Below are positions 45,285 through 52,264 of a DNA stretch of 52,264 nucleotides, piece by piece (the stretch's first letter is position 1; each line of letters starts with the position of its first letter). The stretch is from positions 1 to 52,264 of IMG/VR virus record IMGVR_UViG_3300030419_005497; one strand, written 5' to 3'. The position numbers and the translations under genes are program-made. Source of the DNA: a virus. Taxonomy: Duplodnaviria; Caudoviricetes. A model generated the notes under the pieces. That model ran no database searches, was not told the origin of the DNA, and saw only the letters and a program-made list of their open reading frames with translations.

Positions 45285-45707
45285 GTGACTGTTTTTGATG
45301 CAAGCGTAACGCTTTTCGAGTGGTTCAAGAATAACGATAATTTTTCCATAAAATCGGATTTCAAGTCTGCTTTCCCTATTTCCTTAGAGGAAGAGAAAGA
45401 TAAGGCTGTAATCATGGCCGCTCTGAAGGATATGACAAATGCGGAAATGCTGGTCGAAGGGGAGGCTGATGGATCTGAAATTTGGCTGCTAAAAAGAAAA
45501 TTAGACCAAATGAACCAAACCATAGAGATAACTTACGACACCGCATCTCAGGTGTCTCTCCTCGTAAACACCTTTTGCGATGTAGCCGGAATGAGTCAAT
45601 ACACTTGCGATGCAAGCGAGATAAAGGAGCAGGATATAAAATCTTTGTGCTTTATAGCTCAAACTATGGCCGCCGGACAAGAAAGCCTTGACGAAGACAC
45701 CGAATAA
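45285..45707 (+). CDS. hypothetical protein (first gene after strand switch)
   Basis: 140-aa ORF, GTG start. Confidence 0.7.
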   Translation: MTVFDASVTLFEWFKNNDNFSIKSDFKSAFPISLEEEKDKAVIMAALKDMTNAEMLVEGEADGSEIWLLKRKLDQMNQTIEITYDTASQVSLLVNTFCDVAGMSQYTCDASEIKEQDIKSLCFIAQTMAAGQESLDEDTE

Positions 45708-45715
45708 TGCAAGCT

Positions 45716-46083
45716 TCAGTTCAAAAGGTAGCCAATCCTTTTAAGCTCGCTGAGAGCAATCAGTGGAGTTTCCTGAGATAACCGAAGAAAAGTAGGGTGG
45801 GATCAAGGCTTGTTCCCTATCAAAAGGATACCACCTGTTATGCGACAGGAAAAAGGACTCGTAGTTAATTACTGCGGCAATGCCCCGGCGTGTTGTGGTA
45901 GACGAACGTAAGTAGAGTTTTTAAGCACAGTCCCTCTCGCCTCCATGTGGGGTAGTTTGTCGCAGATGTCATGTCTGCTCGCATTTTGTCGCGCTCCCCA
46001 CGCATTATAATTAAGGGGCTTCAAAGAAGATTCGCATTTAGACAAAATAAGATACCCCTTTTTTTAAGGGGGTATTTTTGTCC
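45716..46083 (+). ncRNA. putative structured non-coding RNA (unassigned)
   Basis: GC-richer intergenic region with at least 8 helices, G-U pairs favouring + strand, TTGACG at 45688 upstream, terminator at 46052-46079. Confidence 0.6.
46052..46079 (+). terminator. intrinsic terminator
   Basis: atacccctt...aagggggtat followed by tttt. Confidence 0.75.
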
Positions 46084-46121
46084 TTATAGCTTAAAGAAAA
46101 GTTCCCATTTCTCAATAAAAC

Positions 46122-46150
46122 TTGTAATAAAAAAGTAACAAGTCTATAAT
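46122..46150 (+). promoter_or_regulatory. sigma70 promoter, leaderless kinase mRNA
   Basis: TTGTAA (46122-46127), 17 bp, TATAAT (46145-46150); ATG at 46158. Confidence 0.75.
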
Positions 46151-46157
46151 CATTATC

Positions 46158-46805
46158 ATGCCGAAAAAATTTTTTATTGGAATTGGAGGGGTAGCTGGAT
46201 GCGGGAAAGATACCTTTTATCAGATAACAAAAGATATTCTCCAAGAAGAGGGGATTTCCGTGGAAAGACTGTCATTAGCCGACCACCTTAAAGAAGATTT
46301 AAGGAAATTCATAATAGACAAGTTTGATATTGACCCGACCAACTGCACCCGCAACGAAAAAGACAAAATAAGACCCCTCCTCGTTGCCTACGCAAAACTA
46401 AAAAGGGAAACTTCAAGAGGTAGATATTGGATTGAAAAAGTAGATGATTACATAAAAACTTTATCTATTACAAAAAAGACTTTATTTATGGTTACGGATC
46501 TCAGGTTTAGTTTTTATGAAAAAGACGAAGTTTACTGGATTCAAGAACAAAAAAAGGGAATAGTTGTGCATTTAAGTAGATTTGAGGAGGATACAGACTC
46601 CGAAGGAAAAGCAATTAAAAGTACGATTACTCCAGCGAACGAGGAAGAAAGAATGCACGACCCGCTAGTTAAAGTTCGTGCTGATTACAAATTTAATTTC
46701 CCAACAATTGACGCCAATGATGATCAATTTATGAATAATTTAAAACCAAAAATTAAAAGCGCCCTTAATAAGATTAAAAAAGATCACGGACACTTTTTTA
46801 ATTGA
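46158..46805 (+). CDS. deoxynucleoside monophosphate kinase-like P-loop kinase
   Basis: IGIGG.AG.GKDT, LAD.LK, R.LL, W, VTD.RF...E. Confidence 0.8.
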   Translation: MPKKFFIGIGGVAGCGKDTFYQITKDILQEEGISVERLSLADHLKEDLRKFIIDKFDIDPTNCTRNEKDKIRPLLVAYAKLKRETSRGRYWIEKVDDYIKTLSITKKTLFMVTDLRFSFYEKDEVYWIQEQKKGIVVHLSRFEEDTDSEGKAIKSTITPANEEERMHDPLVKVRADYKFNFPTIDANDDQFMNNLKPKIKSALNKIKKDHGHFFN

Positions 46806-46841
46806 CAAGGATAATAACGACATGCTAGATACGAGGTGATT

Positions 46842-47117
46842 ATGTCAGACGATAATAACCAAAATAAAGAAAAAAACGAGTGGCAAGAGCGAGAGCTTGG
46901 AGCACTCTGGGTAAGAGAAGGCAAATCCGGTAAATATTTTTACGGGAAATTTGGCGATCAAGCATGTGTTATTTTTAGGAATAAACACAAAACCTCGGAT
47001 AAGCATCCAGACTTTATAGTATATAAGTCTGAAGACAGAAAATCCTTTACTCAAGAAAAAAGTAAAAGCGAAGAAACAGTATCTACCGCCGAAAACAACG
47101 ACGAAGATTTGTTTTAA
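46842..47117 (+). CDS. DUF736-like small protein (possible ssDNA-binding)
   Basis: GALW...K.G.Y..G...F.N..K..K.PDF.V and acidic tail DEDLF; GAGG SD. Confidence 0.6.
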   Translation: MSDDNNQNKEKNEWQERELGALWVREGKSGKYFYGKFGDQACVIFRNKHKTSDKHPDFIVYKSEDRKSFTQEKSKSEETVSTAENNDEDLF

Positions 47118-47120
47118 GAG

Positions 47121-48197
47121 ATGAACTTCGCCCTTCACTTACCACTCAATTCCGTTTCCTTTGGTCAAGTATCGGTTCAGATACTTAGGGAGATGTATAA
47201 GCGCTCCTTGGAGCCTTCAATTTTCACCATAGGAAACGGGGTTGATCTTTCTTCCCAACAAATCGACAAAGAATTTGGAGAATGGATACAAAACGGTATC
47301 AATAAATCTCTAACGTCTCACGACAGGAAGACCCCCACAATAAAACTTTGGCATCTAAACGGATCTTTAGAGTCCTTTAGTGAAAAGCAAATCTTAGTTA
47401 CTTTTTACGAATTGGATAACCCAACCCCTCACGAGCAAAATATAGCTAAAAACAATACTACAGTATTAACATCTAAATACGCTCAAGAAGTTTTCAATGT
47501 GAAAGGGGTGAAATGCGATTACGTACCCTTAGCATTCGATCACGATAACTTTAATACCACCAAAAAGAATTATTTCACTGATGGAAGAATCACTTTTAAT
47601 GTGGTGGGGAAACTAGAAAAAAGAAAAAGACACCAAAAGACTATACGGGCATGGGCTAAAAGATTTGGAAATGATAAAAAATATTTTTTGCAATGCTCTG
47701 TATACAATCCTTTCATCTCCGAACAAGACAACAACACCCTAATCAATCAAATCTTAGACGGTAAAGGATACTTTAATATAAACTTCTTGGGACACATGCA
47801 AAAAAACAGTGTCTACAACGACTTTCTTAACTCTGCTGATATAATTTTAGCCATGTCCGGAGGAGAAGGTTGGGGCTTACCTGAATTTCACTCTGCGGGA
47901 TTAGGCAAACACGCTGTAGTCATGAACGCTCACTCATATAAAGAATGGGCGAACGAAGAAAACTCTATCCTAGTAGAGCCCAAAGAAAAAATAGATTGCT
48001 ATGATGGAATGTTCTTTAAACCCGACCAACCATTCAATCAAGGGCAGATCTTTGATTACGACGAAGATGAATTCATCCATGCGTGTGAGGAAGTCATCAA
48101 AAAAGTTGAGTCAAGCAAAACAAACGAAGCTGGCCTAAAAATTCAAGAGAACTTCAAAATAGACAAAACTGTTGACACTCTCCTTGGCCTAATATAA
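47121..48197 (+). CDS. GT4-like glycosyltransferase
   Basis: VGK.EKRK, D.....S.GEGWGLP..(H)....GK motif. Confidence 0.8.
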   Translation: MNFALHLPLNSVSFGQVSVQILREMYKRSLEPSIFTIGNGVDLSSQQIDKEFGEWIQNGINKSLTSHDRKTPTIKLWHLNGSLESFSEKQILVTFYELDNPTPHEQNIAKNNTTVLTSKYAQEVFNVKGVKCDYVPLAFDHDNFNTTKKNYFTDGRITFNVVGKLEKRKRHQKTIRAWAKRFGNDKKYFLQCSVYNPFISEQDNNTLINQILDGKGYFNINFLGHMQKNSVYNDFLNSADIILAMSGGEGWGLPEFHSAGLGKHAVVMNAHSYKEWANEENSILVEPKEKIDCYDGMFFKPDQPFNQGQIFDYDEDEFIHACEEVIKKVESSKTNEAGLKIQENFKIDKTVDTLLGLI

Positions 48198-48201
48198 GCT
48201 C

Positions 48202-48555
48202 ATGCCCTGTTACGTATTCGAGCACCCCACCTCAAAGGAAACGATTGAAGTTATTCAATCCATGAAGGAAGAGCACGTTTACGTTGACGAAGAAGGAGTT
48301 GAATGGAATAGAGTGTTTGCAGTCCCGAATGCGTCCGTAGACACTACTCCGCTTAACGCAAATCAGTTCGTAGAAAAAACGAGACATCAAAAAGGTTCGA
48401 TGGGGGATCTCTTTGATCAAGCTAAAGAAGCAAGCGATAAAAGAGCAAAAGAACGCGGGGGGGAAGACCCCGTAAAGAAAGACTATTACAAAAAGTGGAG
48501 CAAGGATCGAAACGGCAAAAGGCATCCAAACCAAGGGGGATCAGGACTTTACTAG
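48202..48555 (+). CDS. FmdB-like small protein
   Basis: MP.Y.F....(E)......M...H.....W.RVF..P N-terminal pattern. Confidence 0.6.
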   Translation: MPCYVFEHPTSKETIEVIQSMKEEHVYVDEEGVEWNRVFAVPNASVDTTPLNANQFVEKTRHQKGSMGDLFDQAKEASDKRAKERGGEDPVKKDYYKKWSKDRNGKRHPNQGGSGLY

Positions 48556-48654
48556 GCCTATCCGTACACCTTTTTTCTTCTCTTCAAATTAAAAGTTCTT
48601 CTGAGTTACTTTTTGTGAAACTTGTCACTAAAAAGCTGTAAATTCTATTACATC

Positions 48655-51123
48655 ATGAAACAAGATTCTCAGATCATACACGTAAAAAAAAGAAACGGGA
48701 GACTACAAAAACTAAACATAGATAAGATAAACCTTTGCGCCACATGGGCTTGTAGCGACCTAGAGAATGTATCAGCAAGTGAGGTAGTGCTAGATGCTCA
48801 CGTTCAAATTTATGATAAAATCACCACTGATGAGATAGACAAGGCTCTCATCATGAGTGCTCGCCAAAAAATAGAAAAGGAGCCCAACTATTCTTATGTA
48901 GCGGCTAGGCTTTTATTGTCTTCTCTATATAAGGAAGTATTTGGAGAAAGCGTAGATAAAGATACATACGATCATCAATATAAAATATCTTTCATAAGGA
49001 ATACTAAAAAACTAGTCAAAGAAGAAATCCTCGATGAGAAGTTACTAGACTTCGACTTAAAGCATCTTTCAGAACACCTAAAACTAGAAAGAGATTACAA
49101 ATTTAAATACCTTGGGCTTCAGATACTAAGTGATAGATATTTACATCACATTAATGAAAGAATAATGGAGACACCCCAAGCTTTCTGGATGCGTGTATCT
49201 ATGGGGCTTGCTCTTAACGAAGAAAACAAAAATGAAAAAGCTATTGAGTTTTATAATACGTTGTCTCAGTTTTATCTGTGTTGCTCTACTCCTACCCTCT
49301 TTAATAGTGGTAGTACTCACAGTCAGCTTTCCAGTTGTTATCTTAATACTTTTGACGATTCAATTGATGGAATTTTTGAGGGTTTGTGGCAAGAAGCTAG
49401 AAAGTCCAAATTTGCTGGAGGCCTAGGCTTTGACGTAAGCAGCTTTAGGGCGGCTAATTCTTACGTAAAAGGAACCAACGGCAAGTCTTCTGGCTTAATC
49501 CCTTGGCTTAAAATTTATAACGACACCTTAATTGCAGTAGACCAAGGAGGCAAAAGGCCGGGAGCAGGGTGCGCTTATCTTGAACCTTGGCACTTAGATA
49601 TAGAAGATTTTCTAGACCTCAAGAAAAACACCGGAGACGAACGCAGAAGGTGTCATGATATGAACACCGCAAACTGGATTCCCGATTTATTTATCAGAAG
49701 AGTTCAAGAGGATGGCGATTGGTATTTATTTTCCCCATCCGATGTAAGAGACCTTCACGAAATGCATGGGGATAAATTTGATAAAAGGTACAAAAAATAC
49801 TGCAAGCTCGCAGACAATGGCGAACTCGAAAATTTCAAGGTCATAAAGGCTAAAGACCTATGGAAAAGAATGCTAAGGGCTCTTTTTGAAACGGGGCATC
49901 CTTGGATGACCTTTAAAGATAACGCTAACATGCGGTACTCTAACAGTCATGAAGGAGTAGTTCATAGTTCAAATCTTTGCACCGAGATATTCCTACACAC
50001 AAAACCTTCTAGATTTAACGAGGGTGAAAAAACAGAGGTTGGGGAAACTGCCGTGTGCAACCTAAGTTCTGTAAATTTAAAACAGCATATTAAAGAGGAT
50101 AATACATTAGACTTTGATCAGTTGGCAAAAACCATAGAAGTCCAAATGCGTATGCTGGACAATGTAATCGATTTAAATTTTTACCCAACCAAAGAGGCCG
50201 AAAACTCGAACTTAAAACATAGACCCGTTGGCGCTGGAAGCATGGGGTGGGCAGATGTATTTCATGCTTACGAGGTAGACTTTTCAAGCGATGACGCAGT
50301 TAAGTTCTCTGATGAACTCTACGAATTCATTTCTTATCATTGCATCTTAAATTCTAATAAACTATCCAAAGAAAGAGGCTCTTATTCTACATACGATGGA
50401 TCTTTATGGAGTAAGGATATACTTCCCATAGATACATATAAAAACCTAATGGATTACCTAGGCGAAAAACCCTTAATTCATAGAGGAAAAAAGTTTTGCC
50501 CAGAACTAGACTGGAAAACTCTAAGAGGCGACATAAAAGAGCACGGTATGCGTAACAGTAACACTATGGCAATTGCCCCAACGGCAACTATCTCTTACAT
50601 TCAAGGATGTTCTCCTTGTATCGAGCCAGACTTCTCAGTTCTTTTTGTCTACGAAAACAAAAGCGGCAATCTAACCATTGTTAATGAATGGTTTATAAAA
50701 GAATGCAAAAAAAGAGGAATTTGGAATCAAGGCTTAATTGACGCCATAAAATCAGTAGATGGAGACATATCCCTACTTAACGGAGACATACCAGAAGACT
50801 TAAAGCATAGATTTTCAACTTGCTTCGAAAGAGATCAGTTCAAACTTATAGATTCAGCAGCAGCTAAACAAAAGTGGATTGATATGGGGCAATCTTTGAA
50901 CCTATTCAACAAAGAGACATCACTAAAATACTTGAATGACTTATATATTCATGCTAGAAACAGAGGCTTGAAAAGCACCTACTACCTGAGAAACCTATCA
51001 GCTAGTAAAATAGAGAAATCGACGAATACACCCATGCAAGAAATAGAGGGCAAGCACGAAGCAATAGGGGAAATGGCAAAGGCTTGCAGTATTCTAGATC
51101 CAACATGCGAAAGCTGCCAATAA
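48655..51123 (+). CDS. nrdA: ribonucleotide reductase class I alpha subunit with ATP cone
   Basis: VKKRNG ATP cone, STPTLFNSG, QLSSCYL, SSNLCTEI, AVCNL, AIAPTATIS, KSTYYLR, C-terminal CESCQ. Confidence 0.97.
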   Translation: MKQDSQIIHVKKRNGRLQKLNIDKINLCATWACSDLENVSASEVVLDAHVQIYDKITTDEIDKALIMSARQKIEKEPNYSYVAARLLLSSLYKEVFGESVDKDTYDHQYKISFIRNTKKLVKEEILDEKLLDFDLKHLSEHLKLERDYKFKYLGLQILSDRYLHHINERIMETPQAFWMRVSMGLALNEENKNEKAIEFYNTLSQFYLCCSTPTLFNSGSTHSQLSSCYLNTFDDSIDGIFEGLWQEARKSKFAGGLGFDVSSFRAANSYVKGTNGKSSGLIPWLKIYNDTLIAVDQGGKRPGAGCAYLEPWHLDIEDFLDLKKNTGDERRRCHDMNTANWIPDLFIRRVQEDGDWYLFSPSDVRDLHEMHGDKFDKRYKKYCKLADNGELENFKVIKAKDLWKRMLRALFETGHPWMTFKDNANMRYSNSHEGVVHSSNLCTEIFLHTKPSRFNEGEKTEVGETAVCNLSSVNLKQHIKEDNTLDFDQLAKTIEVQMRMLDNVIDLNFYPTKEAENSNLKHRPVGAGSMGWADVFHAYEVDFSSDDAVKFSDELYEFISYHCILNSNKLSKERGSYSTYDGSLWSKDILPIDTYKNLMDYLGEKPLIHRGKKFCPELDWKTLRGDIKEHGMRNSNTMAIAPTATISYIQGCSPCIEPDFSVLFVYENKSGNLTIVNEWFIKECKKRGIWNQGLIDAIKSVDGDISLLNGDIPEDLKHRFSTCFERDQFKLIDSAAAKQKWIDMGQSLNLFNKETSLKYLNDLYIHARNRGLKSTYYLRNLSASKIEKSTNTPMQEIEGKHEAIGEMAKACSILDPTCESCQ

Positions 51124-51124
51124 G

Positions 51125-52135
51125 ATGAGTAAAACCGGATTATTACTTGATGAAAACACAACTGGCGTAAACCAGATCCTCCCTCATAAACATCAATACG
51201 CTTGGGACCTATTTCTTAAAGGGGTAGCGAATAATTGGTCTCCAGCCGAAATAAACATGTCGGATGACGTAAAACAATGGAAAGGAGATGATTTATCCAA
51301 AGATGAAAAACTACTGGTTAAAAGATGCCTTGGCTTTTTCGCTGGAAGTGAGTCCTTGGTTGGCAATAATTTACTTCTTAATGTCGCGAAATGGATAACT
51401 GATGCGGAGTGCGGTCAATATATAATGAGACAAGCTTATGAAGAGTCTCTTCACAACTGGACAGTTGTAACTTGCTGCGATAGCTACTCATTGAAAATAT
51501 CAGAGGTATACGAAGCATACATTAATGTCCCCTCAATAAAAGCCAAAGACGAGTTTTTAATGGGGATAACCTCAGATATCAACAGGCAAGACTTCACTAC
51601 TAAGACGATAGAAGGGAAAAAAGAATTCCTCAGAAACTTAATTACATACTACATCGTATGCGAGGGAACCTTTTTCTTTAGTGGATTTGCTATGCTCTTG
51701 GCTCTTGGCAGACAAAACAAACTCCCCGGACTTTCTGATCAAATCAGATACACGTTAAGAGATGAAAGCCTACATATTCAATTTGGTACGTACCTAATCA
51801 ACACGATCAAAGAACAATACCCATCGGTGTGGACTAAAAAATTCGAAGAAGAAACAATTGAGCATATTAAAAAAGCCGTAGAGCTTGAGATACAATATGC
51901 CCACGACGTTCTTCCACGAGGCATTCTTGGCTTAAACGCCGAGATGTTTGTTGATTATATGCAGTATATTGGAAACAGAAGGCTTGAAGGTATTGGAATT
52001 GACTTTTCTTTCGAGAACGCTCAAAATCCGTTTCCTTGGCTGTCCGAAGTTGTTGACACTACAGCAATGACGAACTTCTTCGAAAGGAAAGTTAAAGATT
52101 ATCAAAGCTCTGGAGTTCTAGAGGATGATTTTTAA
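51125..52135 (+). CDS. nrdB: ribonucleotide reductase beta subunit, class Ic (R2c)-type signature
   Basis: FFAGSESLVGNN (Glu as first ligand), EESLHNWTV (Val at radical-Tyr position), EG.FF.SGF, RDESLH, NFFE..V..Y. Confidence 0.92.
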   Translation: MSKTGLLLDENTTGVNQILPHKHQYAWDLFLKGVANNWSPAEINMSDDVKQWKGDDLSKDEKLLVKRCLGFFAGSESLVGNNLLLNVAKWITDAECGQYIMRQAYEESLHNWTVVTCCDSYSLKISEVYEAYINVPSIKAKDEFLMGITSDINRQDFTTKTIEGKKEFLRNLITYYIVCEGTFFFSGFAMLLALGRQNKLPGLSDQIRYTLRDESLHIQFGTYLINTIKEQYPSVWTKKFEEETIEHIKKAVELEIQYAHDVLPRGILGLNAEMFVDYMQYIGNRRLEGIGIDFSFENAQNPFPWLSEVVDTTAMTNFFERKVKDYQSSGVLEDDF

Positions 52136-52152
52136 AGTGTAATGAATTTTAC

Positions 52153-52264
52153 GGGAGCGTACTGGTTTCGATTTAGAACCTTACGCAAGATTGCAAGCAG
52201 AGGATGATAGTCGGCCTCTTAAATCATCTATCAAGGTATTCAACTGCCAATAATGTTGATATGG
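52153..52264 (+). ncRNA. ssrA: tmRNA, 5' part (truncated by window end)
   Basis: GGGAGCGTACTGGTTTCGA 5' tRNA-like end; pseudoknot 1 agagg/cctct with gatag/ctatc; resume context CAACT-GCC giving tag A-N-N-V-D-M from 52246. Confidence 0.88.

Noticed and set aside
845-45298. Numerous + strand ORFs antisense to minus-strand genes (for example 845-1156, 8486-9007, 27441-27872, 40640-40975)
   Set aside because: Shadow ORFs fully overlapping genes with clear family motifs
45716-46083. RNase P RNA, group I intron or hammerhead ribozyme
   Set aside because: No GAGGAAAGUCC P4 motif; the ggact/agtcc helix only loosely resembles P7 and no gene is interrupted; no CUGAUGA...GAAA core with proper stems
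48172-48200. TTGACA-17-TAAGCT as promoter for the gene at 48202
   Set aside because: The -10 ends 1 nt before the ATG, too close to include the start codon; it may serve downstream nrdAB instead, so it was not assigned
48655-52135. Intein or intron in nrdA/nrdB
   Set aside because: Both ORFs are continuous and of normal length with no splice-junction motifs
1-52264. Stop-codon reassignment
   Set aside because: Recognisable genes are full length in the standard code, and TAA, TAG and TGA all serve as stops
1-52264. Bacterial chromosome or prophage origin
   Set aside because: Dense small ORFs, rIIA/rIIB and isolated housekeeping homologues outside their operons indicate a large phage; no integrase or att site seen

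Overview
This is a 52-kb segment of a large lytic dsDNA phage genome; there are no virion structural genes, integrase, rRNA or CRISPR array in the window. Positions 1-~20 kb are an early/host-takeover region. It holds many small minus-strand ORFs (plus SprT, an inverted DUF932 gene, RuvB, rIIB, rIIA and a 753-aa unknown) driven by repeated sigma70-type promoters with a conserved TTACGAAAAAAA upstream element. It also contains a 1.3-kb non-coding island (4803-6123) made of six bipartite iteron-like repeats, an AT-rich tract and a roughly 320-nt stacked-hairpin RNA. From ~20 to 45 kb are auxiliary genes: ppa, guaC, CysC-like kinase, sulfotransferase, three 2OG-Fe(II) oxygenases, riboflavin kinase, PMM, nucleotide-sugar dehydrogenase, dut, ACP plus AcpS, a sigma70-family factor, bS21 and an ATE1/Bpt-like aminoacyl-tRNA-protein transferase. 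After a strand switch at ~45.25 kb come a second structured non-coding RNA (~360 nt), a dNMP kinase, a glycosyltransferase, nrdA, a class Ic-type (Tyr-less) nrdB and the 5' end of a tmRNA. Two tRNAs are present (CAT anticodon, probably Ile2, and Arg-TCT). The most notable observations are a translation quality-control set (unannotated 43-aa ArfA-like ORF, tmRNA, bS21, ATE-like transferase, tRNAs) alongside apparently leaderless transcripts, two unassigned structured RNAs, and strand-polar repeat motifs. All protein calls come from motif recognition by eye; no database searches were run.
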